NCBI GenBank assembly: GCA_030141605.1
Contig: JAQGDQ010000201.1
Coordinates: 1-64,000 of the forward strand
Length of the DNA stretch: 64,000 nt
Direction of reading: 5' to 3'
From: Tubiluchus corallicola
Taxonomy: Eukaryota; Animalia; Priapulida
In this document: positions 13,301-26,109 of the stretch, in pieces
Numbering within the stretch: the stretch's first letter is position 1
Layout: every line of letters begins with the position of its first letter
Notes under the pieces: generated by a model
Databases searched by the model: none
What the model was told of the DNA's origin: nothing
What the model saw: only the letters and a program-made list of their open reading frames with translations
Translations under genes and position numbers: made by a program

Positions 13301-14929
13301 ATGCCGATATTATTTAATAATTTTGAATAATTACTTATTTTGCTCGAGGAAACCTACATGGACACATTTCTAGAAACAAAAAACACTCTATATGACTGTA
13401 ATATATGACTCTAATAAAGCATTTAATGATTTATTCAGGTCAAAGTACATTCATGATCACCTGCTATTTCAATGATTAATATAAAAAGCATTAACTTATT
13501 TTGCAATAATTTACTGAGTAGGTAGTGACAACAGATGAACCTCAGGTGTGGTAGATTACTCTAATGAGAAGAACAACATGTGTGCTGTCATTGTGGTGGA
13601 CTCATGCCCAGTGGCCCAGTGCGCTATGTCTAGCCGTGGAAACTAGAAAGAGAGACAATAATTATTTTAGTTTATTCTTTATTTCAGCTCGTAGATATAA
13701 CCTCAAGCCATAAATACAATTACTAAAACATATACTTACATTTAGAAAGAGAAAGTTGTTAAAATGCTTACATAAGTGACATACATCAAAGTATATTAAA
13801 ATTTCATTCCAATAGGCAAAAATTTTAGAGCATATTAAAACATCACTATTGTAAATTACGTATTTTAAGAAATCGTTAGAAGAGTTCAAAAGACGGCATC
13901 AAGATTATATATACAGTTATGCGAAGTGACTTTAAAATTACTAATCATTTTTTACACAGATTGTAAAAGCTTGACGACCATATTTATAGTTGAAGAATTT
14001 TACCATGGCAGTGTAATACCCAGATTTGGCTTATTAAAGTTATGCAAGTTATATTTAGTCCAAAGGTTGCAACAATAAAATGACGAAAGTTAAGAAATAC
14101 TGAAGACTTTTATATATCATAAGAATGTCGTATGTTCAAATTTTCTAACGTGGATACTGGGTAGAATGGTAGACAGACAAATAGAGGTTAATGGTGTACA
14201 AGGCAATCCAAATTTTTATTACTATTGGTGTATTAACATTTACATAGTTAGTATAAATATTTGTATAAGCATTTATCTGAATTTAGTCACGATTAACATG
14301 TTTATGATTCTTTTGGTGCAATAGCTGCTCCGACTCCATGACTTTAACTCCACAGCCTCGAATATAAAGAATACCATTACTTTGTAGCATTTTTGCTACA
14401 TAGCCACGATAAAGTAAAAATTAAGCATTCTGGAAAGTCACTCTAAGAGGGTTATTCCAAATGAAAAAGATAGCAACAGCCACTAAGTCTAATGTGTATC
14501 ATAATCATGTTTAAACTAAAATTAAATTATATTCAGTAATAAACAAACATTCTCACATTTTCAGCAAGAACGAAAATGTAGTTAGATGCTGCCAAATTTT
14601 GAATTCAGTTTCACACTTATTTTATAACTTGTATACATTGTATTGTCCAGTTTTATCAATTATTTATTCAAATGGCAATTAACTTACAAATTGGGTTTTG
14701 TGACCAGTTTATCAAGTTTATTTAATATGCTGTATGCCTAAATGTTGCAATATTAATATAAAAACAACTGTAATTACTCAGCATAAGTTCTGTATTTTTT
14801 AGCATTCAAACTCTTGTCCTCTTGTATTTTTTATTGTTTTTTTAATAAATAGAAGCACAACTTTGAAACTTCATCTGCGAGATAACTAATTGCATTATTA
14901 CAAATAATTATAACCCACTGGCTGACATG

Positions 14930-15600
14930 TTAAAGGACAAAAAAGGGGTACCTGAAGTAGATTTCAGAAAAATCGTCTTAAAAAATTATATTACTTTATA
15001 ACAATTTTAGGTGTATATTGTACTCGCTTTGGAAGGATTTTTTGTTTGTTTTCATTTTAAATCCCCCGCAATACTGTTCCGACCGTGCCATTACATGATG
15101 TCATAGACGCACAATGTAAATCAGGGGAAGAAAAGGAAATGTTAAGCTATGTAACTAGAAAAGAAAGTGATTAATTATTTAAAATGTTTTGACCCATTGG
15201 TAAAATGTCATTGACTCGCCTCCAGGGTGCACTACTCACTAACCAAAAAACGTGTTTTTGATCTTATTGACAAGATACAGTAAATTAAAATTTTACTTAG
15301 TTAGTGACATGTGCACTACAAATGCTCTGATTATTTTTTCAAACTTTATCTAAACTTGTTTCAAATGATTTCTCGTCAAAATGGATGCATCTAATGGTCA
15401 TCGCGGGAGTTTAAATTTACATGTTTTATACAGCGTTACTGCCAACAAAAACCCTGTATGCAAAAGGGCAGTATGTAAGTGGTGGAAAATGTCAAGATGA
15501 TTTTTTTAAGCTTTATACAAGTGGAGGGTTTACTTGTGCTTTAAAACGTAATTGAGTAAAACTACTACAATGCATCTAAAATAACTTAGCAGCTTGTTTC
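14930..15600. mobile_element. Dispersed non-autonomous DNA element (Kolobok-like TTAA|AGG start)
   Basis: Starts TTAAAGG; internal inverted motif AAAAATCGTCTT / AAGATGATTTTT; homologous to 35030-35260 and 51190-51660 (shared AATGCTCTGATTA..TTCAAACTTTA or TCTTATTGACAAGAT). Confidence 0.6.
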
Positions 15601-16060
15601 AAAACTTAGTTTATATTAAAAATCGTCAGTCTTGGGTAAAATATTAACCAACAAAAAGGTACAAAACAAAATTATTGTGTGTCTTATCTTTTTCGATTCT
15701 TATGTAAAATGACTTAGTTTATATACACACAGTGATTATATAAAAACTGAGTTTATAATTACTTTTGCATGGCTTTTACCTACAAACACAAAAATGCAAC
15801 TGGTCACATTATGTAAATTTAGTAAATTACTAAATGGCATTATTAAGAAGTGGCTTCACTATTGTTAAAATTATTTTAATTTAACTTTGAAAATTAAATT
15901 TAATACGTCTTATTGTTTTAATATAATTCTTTTAAACTTTTACTTGGTATGCTTATGTTTATATGTGTAACTACTTTTTTCTTATTTTCAGGCGTGTCTC
16001 GCACCTGAATTCATAAATTCATAATCAGTGATACTGGTGTCAGCTGCATTGTCTGCAAAG

Positions 16061-17638
16061 ATGGGTCCTGCTCAGGAAAATGCTAACAGTCGCATTCGCA
16101 GTTTCAAAAACAAGGGAAAAGACCAGGATGAACTGCGACGACGACGTAATGAGGTATCTGTGGAACTTCGTCGTGCCAAAAAGGACGACCATTTGCAGAA
16201 ACGAAGGAATATGGGTGATGTCGATGATGGCCCACTTAGTCCTCTGCAGGAGCAAAACAAACCACAAGCTACGTTATTGCCATTTGAGCAAGTTGTTGAA
16301 GGAATTTTAAATAGTTCTGATCCCCAGTGTAGAGTACAATGCACACAGGCAGCCAGAAAAATGCTCTCACGGGAGAAAAGTCCGCCGATTAACATGATGA
16401 TTGAAGCTGGTATCGTACCAAGGCTGGTGGAATTCCTGGAACACAACGACGCTCCAACATTACAGTTTGAGGCTGCTTGGGCCCTAACAAATATTGCATC
16501 AGGTACAAGTGAACAGACTCACTTTGTTGTAAAAGCTGGAGCCGTGCCAAAATTCATTGCACTGCTGTCATCCCCAAACCAAAACGTGAGTGAACAAGCA
16601 GTTTGGGCCTTAGGTAACATTGCAGGTGATGGACCTGAACTGCGTGATTTTGTCATTCGTGCAGAGATCATTAAGCCACTTTGTGCTTTAGTTACACCTG
16701 CAGTCTCACCTGCATTCTTGCGAAACATCACGTGGACCATTTCAAATCTGTGCCGCAATAAGAATCCTCCAACTTCTATAGAAACCATACAGGAACTTCT
16801 GCCAGTTCTAACCATGTTGGTGCATCACTCTGACAAAGAAGTTCTAGCCGATGCTTGCTGGGCTTTTTCATACTGTACTGATGGTTCTAATGAAAGAATT
16901 CAGCTGGTAGTAGACACTGGCATTGTTCCAAGGCTTGTTGAACTGTTGAAATGTCCAGATATTACCATTCTTACTCCAACTGTACGCACAATTGGTAACA
17001 TTGTTACGGGAACAGACAACCAAACACAAGCTGTCATAGATGCCGAAGCTTTGCCTGCTTTCCTATTTTTGCTTCGACATCACAAAACAAACTTGCAGAA
17101 AGAAACAGCATGGACTGTATCCAACATTACTGCTGGGAACCCTCAACAGATTCAGGCAGTCGTTGATGCAGGGCTGTTAGCTCCATTGACCGAAATGCTC
17201 GAAACAGGGGACTTTAAGAGTAAAAAAGAAGCAGCGTGGGCAGTTACAAATCTGTGCTCTGGAGGCACAGTGGAACAAATGATTACACTGGTCCAGCACG
17301 GTGCCGTGAAGCCAATCTGTGACATGTTAACTGCCAAAGATACAAAAATTACACTCATCCTCTTAGACTGCATCAACCACATCTTGGTTGGGGCAGAAAA
17401 GGTGAGTCAGCTTGACTCTGCTTGCATGATGATTGAAGAATGTGGAGGGTTAGACAAGATTGAAGCCCTGCAGAATCATGAGAGTGAAGCCGTGTACAAG
17501 TCAGCTGTAGAACTCATCGAAACCTATTTCTGTCCAGAGGAAGATGAAGACCAGGCTGTTATGCCCGCTACAAATGAAAGTGGCAACTTTAAGTTTGGCG
17601 AACCGTTAGATGTGCCTCAGGAAGGCTTTTCTTTCTAA
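16061..17638 (+). CDS. KPNA2: Importin subunit alpha, KPNA2/pendulin (alpha-2) subfamily; 525 aa, single coding exon
   Basis: IBB domain (FKNKGKD..ELRRRR...KRRN), SPLQE motif, ARM repeats ([40 protein letters not shown]), the KPNA2-type CRNKNP motif and C-terminal [12 protein letters not shown]...GFSF. The ATG is at 16061; the track's GTG start at 16028 is probably not used. Confidence 0.96.
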   Translation: MGPAQENANSRIRSFKNKGKDQDELRRRRNEVSVELRRAKKDDHLQKRRNMGDVDDGPLSPLQEQNKPQATLLPFEQVVEGILNSSDPQCRVQCTQAARKMLSREKSPPINMMIEAGIVPRLVEFLEHNDAPTLQFEAAWALTNIASGTSEQTHFVVKAGAVPKFIALLSSPNQNVSEQAVWALGNIAGDGPELRDFVIRAEIIKPLCALVTPAVSPAFLRNITWTISNLCRNKNPPTSIETIQELLPVLTMLVHHSDKEVLADACWAFSYCTDGSNERIQLVVDTGIVPRLVELLKCPDITILTPTVRTIGNIVTGTDNQTQAVIDAEALPAFLFLLRHHKTNLQKETAWTVSNITAGNPQQIQAVVDAGLLAPLTEMLETGDFKSKKEAAWAVTNLCSGGTVEQMITLVQHGAVKPICDMLTAKDTKITLILLDCINHILVGAEKVSQLDSACMMIEECGGLDKIEALQNHESEAVYKSAVELIETYFCPEEDEDQAVMPATNESGNFKFGEPLDVPQEGFSF

Positions 17639-18849
17639 CATAAACTCTTTTCCTACTCTTTTGGTTGACATGTGAAAAAGACATGTCCAATATGTTGTAT
17701 TACAGTTTGATTTAAAAATCAGGCAGGTCATTGACTTTCAAAAACAAGAAAATTTGTTCTAAATCATCAGGTCTAATTCCAATTTAATAAATTTTCACTT
17801 TTTTGTTGTGTTTTTTTTTTACTAATACAGATTATGCATATCTTGTTCATATTCTAGTGCAGAGGCCAGGTTTCTTCAGCACAATTCTTTTGAATAAGCA
17901 GCTACATTTAGAAATAAGTTGGTTTTCATATATTTCTATAAAAATAGTGCTATGAAGCTATAAGTGATCTAGATCGTATGCTTTAGAAAAGTAATCTTCA
18001 TTGTTCTGGATATTTTTTGCATCCAGCACTATGTTATCACATTTAAATAATTGGTCAATGTTACTTTTCCTAGCAGTACATGGCTAGGTGTAACAGCAAT
18101 ATGAGATTTCTATTTGTAAATCATAATGTACTGTGATTTAGGAAGTGAAAAATTAGTCTAGTTTGTCTGTATGTAGTTGGTGTTGTTAACCATAGTCTTA
18201 TTTCTTTTCTACATATTGTGTTTAACCTCATTTTTGCTTTACAATAACTTGTTCTAAAATTATGTTTGTTATGCTAATTTTCCATGTGTATTTAATAACA
18301 AGAAATATAAAAAATATTCATAGTTTTTGGCTTTTTTATTGCCGTAAAATACATAAATTAACTAATATAAACACTAAAACAGTGAATTGTGTACACCACT
18401 AGAAAGTTATGACAAAATTTGTTCTGGTAGATCCATGAAGTGCAAATATTATGATTGGTTTCTCATCACTTAAATTACAAAACAACTGCTGTTATTTTGA
18501 TTCATAATTAGAAATCCAATTTTGTAATTTGTCTTCTAGTTTAAGTATCTGTCTTAACATACAAAAGTAGAGCAGCTGCTAAGAAACAACTCCTGTACTT
18601 GCAAGAACAAATTTAAAATGGTCCAGCATTCTAAGGTACATACTGGTGTTAGAATATTTGGAAAACTGAACAATAAACTTTATTGTTGTCAGCCATGTTA
18701 TAATTTGTATACAGTGCTGGCTAAATAATAATAACTGTCTCTGTTTAAAGCACTTTATTATCAAAAAATATTATATTAAAAGCAACTAATGTAACGTATT
18801 GTTTGCCTTGCTATCTGATACAATTTTGTGCATATTAGGCCTTTAGTAA

Positions 18850-19295
18850 ATGTGTGATCGGTTAGTTTTAATTTACAACCAAACCTTTATATTATTTTCT
18901 TCAAATTTCACAGCACCATGGAAAATAATTATGCTAGCAAGTTAAAGCTGAAAAAACCAAAAACGAATTTCTATTAATTTATTTTATATCAACTGTTTAC
19001 ACAAAATGAATGGTTTTTCATACCTATATAATATTTTGCATAATAGATGGCGCCACTTGACTCCTTTAATACGTAGTTCTGATTTATAGTAAAGGCATGA
19101 TCGGTTAGTTTTAATCTTCCACCAAACCGTTATATTATTTTCTTCAGATTTCACAGCACTATGGAAAATAGTTATGCTAGTAAGTAAAAGTGGAAAAAGA
19201 CTAAAAGCGAATTTATATTTACTTTGCATCAATTGTTCACGCTATAGTGAATGGTTTTTTATAACCTATTCGCAAAATAGATGGCGCCACTTTGA
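18850..19295. repeat. About 240-bp diverged tandem duplication, each unit ending in TAGATGGCGCCACT
   Basis: TGATCGGTTAGTTTTAAT...TTTCACAGCAC.ATGGAAAATA...TAGATGGCGCCACTT starts at about 18855 and about 19098. Confidence 0.85.
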
Positions 19296-20519
19296 AGTCG
19301 CGGAATAGCGCCACTTGATTCTACTAGTCAGGTTTAGTCAAATAAAAACACAATATAATCGATGCATTGTATAATTTTAAATAATTACTAGAAAACACTG
19401 GAAATTACCTAATCTTGGTTAAATACTTCTTGTCAAAAATATCTAACTTAATTAGTCTCGTTAAAAGTGAATTCATTTTGCGGGGCGTCAAAGCGGAACA
19501 ATTATTGCCAACGCGCGTACAGGTGAGCGTTGCTCACATACAATCAGAGACGCATCAGATACCAATCACCAAGCAGGTGTTGTGTGTTAGCTCATCTACA
19601 TCCATACACGCGATCTTTGGAACTTATTTTTATTTACTCAGTTTTCCGATGTATTGACACGCACGTACAGTGCTTGTATTTTATTGAAATGTCGTTGTAA
19701 CAGAGAGTCTTAAGATCACTAGGTCTTCGTGGACCTCTTAACATGCTTACAAAAATCTGGCAATGCTTTTGGTGGTGTGAAAAACGTGTTATAGAAAGTG
19801 ATACGGATCTCTAAATATTGTTGAAACTTGGCATAATTTAGTCTGCAATATTACGTTTATCGTTGTTTTGTATTTTTGATCAGTTGGATTATGCATGAAT
19901 GAAAAGATTTACCGAAATCTGGTAAGTAGCGTTTTTTATTATTTTATGCTGAAACAAACTTACTTTTGTGGTAGGGTCAACTGTTTACGAGAATAATCCA
20001 AGTGACCGGTTGATGTTCCAGAAAAAACTGAAATAACATTAAATACCTAATTCATTTTCGAAGAAGGGCGAAATTTGTCAAAATCTAGCTACTCAGGTGC
20101 TAGGTTAAACATAACAGTTAACTGCTAGCGTAAAAAACATAATTCAGCTATTCCGTGGTATAATGATTGTACATACAGATGACTTAATTATAAAAAAATC
20201 CCCCTTTCGTTTATAAATATAATAACGTATCAAAATCATTTACTTTTTTACTACTTATTATCAGTAGATCAAGTAACACATGCCTAAAACAAATACTTGG
20301 CGTATTGTATTACCATGCATATATTATTGTAATTACATTGTGTAATACATGCAAGTTATATAACAAGTGATTTGTTTAGTTTCATTTTGTATTTTTTGTT
20401 TTATTTTGCAGTTGACAGCAGAACTTTTCAGGAAAATCGAAGTACATTTCTCGTCATTGACAATTTTTTTCTGCCCTTTTCGTAAAATAATTTAGACCTA
20501 ATTGAAGATCTATTACAAG

Positions 20520-20571
20520 ATGCTATTTACTATTGGATACTTCGTAGTTTTCACATGCATACTTTATCAAG
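20520..20571 (+). CDS. Candidate distal signal-peptide exon (MLFTIGYFVVFTCILYQ, phase 1) of the Ig-superfamily gene
   Basis: Exon 20412-20571 has acceptor TTTTGCAG and donor AAG|GTAAGC; an upstream non-coding exon ends at 19921 (G|GTAAGT). The phase fits exon 58213, giving ...YQVDG/QF. Confidence 0.5.
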
Positions 20572-21724
20572 GTAAGCTCAAAATACTGTGGTAAAATTTA
20601 TCTTAGTTAAATATAATTGTGTATTCCCGTGATTACCAGATAATATGTACTGTCATAAGTATAATAGGATTGATAAAAATTTTAAGTTATATTGTTTGGT
20701 TTCTACATATACCATTGTTTAAACCTTTAATGTTGTTAAGTAAGCGCAAAAGGTTTAACAATGTTAGAGAAATCTTTCATCTTTCTGTTAGAGAAATCAC
20801 GAAAACATAAATAACATGACTTTTAAACTATGGCTTGTAAGTAAATACTTGTAAATATTTCTGTCTAATCAGGGAACAAAACTTTTAGTTTAAGATTCAT
20901 TTAAATTCTATAATCATTCCCGTACAAAAAACCTGTAAACGCTGTTTTATCAAAATTAGTACTGATGATGGTCTTACACATTGAGGGCAGAAGCGCAGCG
21001 GATGATCTTATTACATGAAATTCTAAGGATTTATTCATGAATCCACATTTCTCTTGGCGTGAAGCATAACCCCCAGTACCGGTTTACTACAACCGTTAAA
21101 GAAGCTCAAACAACTACGAACTTGAGTTTTTTAATTCTCGGTTAAACTCCTTTGTTCTTTACATGTTACAAAAACTGTTAGAAAGACGCTTGCATCTTGT
21201 TTTTACATAGATGTCTTCCTTGCAGCTGTGTTTGTCCCCTTTGCACATCCAACAGTAAATATTATTTTTAGCCGACAATGACGTTTTGGAGGAAAGACGA
21301 ATTTGTATTCAAGAATAGTAGAATGTCCAGTGTATCGTACACCTGAGTGCCCGCTATTGTCCCGTCATGTCCTTTCGTTATCCTTTCAAGCTGGTAAATT
21401 AACGTGCACTGTATTCACAAGAACGGAAAAAATCGGAATCGTGGTTGTTTTCGGTCAATTTAGGACGTTTGTGTAGTACAGGACGCTCTGCGATTATTGT
21501 CACTGACTCATCACAAGGGTATTATAAGTCTATTATACTTGTCAGGGAAATTTCTTCATTACCAAGCTAATTTTCAAAAAATAGCTGCGTCTAGAAGAGG
21601 AGGAAAAGAAAGGAGAGAAAGAGGGAGTAAAAACGAAAGGAAAAGAAGTAAGATTTGTGGGGAAGTTTATCTATAGCAGTATTAGGAATAAAATTTCCCC
21701 ATCCTTATAGGCTGACCTATAATA

Positions 21725-22030
21725 AAGTTACAGGAAAAAAGTCACAGAAAAAAACACGGGAGAAAAACGTCAGAATTTTGGCTAGGAAAAGGTCAGATAA
21801 TCAAACAAAAATATTCAAGTCAGTCACAAAAATATTTTAAATCAGTTATTAATTGGCAATATATGAGATTTGTATATTGAAAACGCTATTTATATATGAT
21901 GACATTACATGTACATGTATGTGAAAAACCACGCTTTGTTCAATAGCTTAGGGTTAGGGTTAGCGTCAGAAGTTAGGGTTATTTCTTTTCTTGATACTTT
22001 TTTATTTATGACTTTATTACTCTGGATTCC
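21725..22030. mobile_element. Degenerate MITE-like repeat with internal (TTAGGG)-like units
   Basis: AAAAGTCACAG-type subrepeats on the left, inverted TGACTTT on the right, and AGGGTTAGGGTTAG at about 21950. Confidence 0.4.
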
Positions 22031-24399
22031 TCTTATAGAATTGAAAAGTTTTCTGTAAAAGGGCTCTAAACTCCGTGTTTTCTTTCCAATCGGAATGGTT
22101 TAAGACAAACAGTAAGAGCAAATCACATTCCTATTAATAGCAAAACAACGTTAAAATCCAACCATAGGACACACATTATAAGAAGCAGTATGTAAAATAT
22201 TTAAATGGCACGAAAGATTAAAAAATGATAAAAATTTACACTATAGGTATGTCAAAACATTTAACAAATAGCAGAACTAATTTATAAATTAAAAAGAACT
22301 CTTCTAGCGTTTTTCTAAGATAAGGTAAAATAAATTTTATTTAATGTCGATCATCAACACAATGAGTAGTTAAAACACTTCATCGACAATATAATTAAAT
22401 GATATAAATCCATATAAAATGCAGAAAGACATCTTAAAATCCAGTATAGTAAAAAAAAACTGAAATTTCTACTATAGTAAAAATTAATCTAAGCTAGCAA
22501 GCCTGATGCAAAGCCTCATAAAATTTTAATTGAGTTAAAATAAGAAAATAGTTGAAATTGCTTATGCTATAATACTGAAATTCATTGAACTGCTGAAAAT
22601 TAGAATGTATTATAAGTCTCGAAATAGTGCTTTTAACTGCAGAAATTACATTTAACATAAACAACATCTAAGTTTCTTATATGAGTTGCGTACTGAATAA
22701 ATCTCGAGCTTTTCTAAGTGAATTTCGCAAGTCGTTCCAGATTTGGACTGCTCTGTATCTAAAGGATTGTTTGCCAAAACTAAAAGTATTATAACGAGGT
22801 ATGAAGGCACTTTTCTCACTGCGTAAAACTGGGTTTGCATGTGATTAAATTATGCGTATACTGAGCAGAAACTTTGTTCAATATCTTACAAGCGGCTTTT
22901 GCAATCTCTTTAAACCGGGATCCTGGCGGTATGGATAGGCCTGCTCTATTCAGGAGAGTTGAGAAATCACTATTAAAATCAGTAAAGACAAATCGAATAC
23001 CCCTTTCATATAACTTTTCTATTACTAAGGGTTGCTAATGGAGCATAAAAATGCCTCACTAGATTGCATTAGTTGAAATTTGCAAGTATGAAAACTTAAA
23101 AATCATCATTCTGCAAAACTTTTTGAGGAAATAGTACATGGTAATGGGTAATACAGTCGAGTACTTCAAAAACCTTTTTTCAGGCGACTTCTGTAAAGCA
23201 AGCCTTTTTTCCTGAGTTTCAAACAACGAATGCGTTGGCATAGCTTACTGTATATGGGTACCATCAATTTTGAATACCATGCTTTGAATATGCTGAACAA
23301 AAGCATAATTTTATTGTTGTTGTGCTACCACACTCCATATGTAGCAATATTCCTGGCATATGCTCGGTATTTTTATTGATCTATAAAGCAATATCCACTC
23401 ATTGCTCATAATTCAGGTGTTGGCCTAGCAATCAGGCTAAACAATAATAAAAAAGCTTTCGGAAGGTGGATGTAGACACGTTAATGTAATTCTCTTGTAC
23501 ATTGTTACCCCTCGACCAACCAGAGCTGCTCTTGCAAAGTATTTAGATAAGTAGGCGTTTTGGTATTGATTCAGTACTTCTTTACGTAATAACAATTATT
23601 TTTGCACATGATCCACTATCATTTGCGAAAATTGTGCATGGATACACCCATGTGCGGTGCACGCACGCCACGCGTTACCTATGCAGTCAGTTACCAAACG
23701 TAGTCATGCGAAGTTGTTTTACACCAGACTGTTAATAGAAAATAGATTACAGGGTAATTATTGAGTGCAAAACCACAATTTGGAAACCAGCTTTGGTTGC
23801 TAGAAACGTTTAATTCAAGCCCTTGCCGTTTATTGGAACGTAATATGAAGCGTAAAGAAAGTAACTTCTCAATGTTCATCGTTTATCGCCAAAGGCAATA
23901 AAAGTTGCAATGTACATGAATACGTTACACTGTAATGCGTTTGGCAAGAAGCTACGCGGACTTAACAGCAAATTATAGCTGATGTTATAATTTGTGTAGA
24001 GAAAACGTAAAAATCCCGAAAAATGTACGTAAAGGAAACAATGTGAAAAATGCCGAATAAGCAATTACAGACTATGGAGTTATAATAACTCAGTATATTG
24101 AGTACAACTCTGAATCGATAAATTGTAATCAAACTTCAAACATGTATCACTTATCACTCAAGGAATACCTCTTTTGATTGTTTGGTCAAAAGGTTTTAAT
24201 TATGTCATATTTCAACACTCTTATTATACATGTACATAAATCACACAAAAATATGGTAAATTCTTTTTAAGGAAAGTAGAAAAATCTGAAAAATAATAAT
24301 TCGAGAAAGTTGTTCACACAAACTATGCCGACCATGTATCAAATTTTTCAATCAGGGTGGAAGGAAACATCAAAGATGAACTTGCGGATGAACATATCT

Positions 24400-25955
24400 C
24401 TGCGAACCACTTATGCGGCTTTCACCAAATGCAAACCTCACTGTCATAGTCACAAGTTTTCTTGAGAGCAGTGTCTTCCTGAAATGTCAAAAACACATCT
24501 CTTTCTTGTGAATACGCCCTTAAATCTAGGAGTGAAGAAAGAAGCCTGTCCTTCAGCCTGGTTGTATGTATTCGATGCTCCATAGTTACACCAAGCTGTT
24601 CTATTCTAATTTTGTACAGATCACCCAGATCGGACAGTTTGAACACTGGGGCACAATCACCACTTTGAGTTTCTTCCATGAAGACCACTAATTCTGCGAA
24701 AGCAATGCCATGCAGTTGAGCCTCTTCCTCTGCTCATCCTTTTGTGCGACCTGTCTTGCTTTGTTATAGAGCATCCGGAGGCAGTTGCGGTGATACTTTG
24801 CCTCAAGTGCAATAATATCCCCAGTGCAAGTTTAGCAAGCAGTTCTGTCTCCTATTTCCAAGGCAGCCATCCTAACATTTAAGTCTAACTGTTTTGTTAA
24901 TGCCTCGTGGTGCGTTTCAGTGCCAGCTGGCTTATTGCAAAAGAAGCACAAAGGCTGTCGCTGTCCCATCTTGATATGGCTGTGAGCAGACCGTGTGTGA
25001 ACCTTTGATTCCTGAGACTGCCGGAGCTTTTTAGCTGACTTCTGTTATCGATGCAGCATGTTTTGATTATATGTTAAGCCACATGTCTTGTGCCACTGGG
25101 CCTTGTTGGTCATTAGTGCGGCTTCTATGCCACTCCTGTCATCCAATCTGTTCAAGTCCAGCCCAGCTGGTATTTGTCCAAGTTCCCTAAAAAGCAAGGA
25201 GATCCTTGGCCAGTGACACATAACCACTACCTACCGGTGACTCCGTTGACCTAGCAGGACTTTGTAGAGCTACTTTCGTTTCTACTTGGCAGAGAGCACA
25301 TAGTTTCCAATTAGTGGTGCAAGGTGGCTTGGGATGCTTAGATGTAGAAGCTCTGGCAGAATCAGCCAGTCTATGGCGTTTTGGCATGGTGACTACAAAG
25401 AAGTAAACGCCAGAAGCAGAAGTAGTCTAGGATGTTCTACAGACTTTCTACTTGTTAAGATACCACCACCATTAGAGTCCTTTAGAAATCACAATTCTGG
25501 GAGCTGACTCAGGCGTGCAGGGAATACACAAGAACATACCATATTGTTAATGTATACTTGACAAGTTTATATTAATATTTATGCACAAATATTAAATTCA
25601 GCCATGTTAACTGACTAATTCTTTTAATGTATAATGCATTTAAACTTATTGACAGGTTAGATAAAGGTGTCCTTTACATTCGAAAACCAACACAAATATT
25701 TAGTAGACTAAGTTAGCAGCTTTAACAAAAACAAACAGTCAATTCTGGCAAACATATATATGATTACAATGAAGAATGGTGGTGAACATATTGAAAAAAT
25801 GCGATCTTGAGGTCAGTGACTTCTCAAAGTCACTAAAGGTCGGACACAAAATGCCTCCACATCTGAAATAAAACCTGGGGGTATGAAGATTATATGCTGA
25901 AACTTTCATGCTTTAGTCATTAAACGCACAATTGTTTAGCTTATCAGCGCCACTA
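24400..25955 (-). mobile_element. 5' part of a decayed large DNA transposon (uncharacterised invertebrate ORF family)
   Basis: Frameshifted minus-strand ORF pieces TNWKLCALCQ, AQWHKTC, GDIIALEAKYHRNCLRMLYN and VFKLSDLGDLY...HTTRLKDRLL. Terminus-like TAGTGGCGCTGATAAGC reads inward from 25955. Superfamily not assigned. Confidence 0.75.
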
Positions 25956-26109
25956 TATATAACTATCTAATCTCTATAAATTTAGATAGAGATTAGATAT
26001 AGCTAACATACTATTAGTCGCCGTCGAGGTTTCTCGCGCAACCTCGAAGTTTCCCGAAACCTATCCGGCATTATCTTTATTATTACTTGCAACGAATTAT
26101 GAATACTAC

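Noticed and set aside
16040-17382. Several antisense or alternate-frame ORFs over importin-alpha
   Set aside because: Shadow ORFs of the real CDS.
21945-21980. TTAGGG units as an interstitial telomere
   Set aside because: Only two or three units, lying inside a MITE-like repeat.
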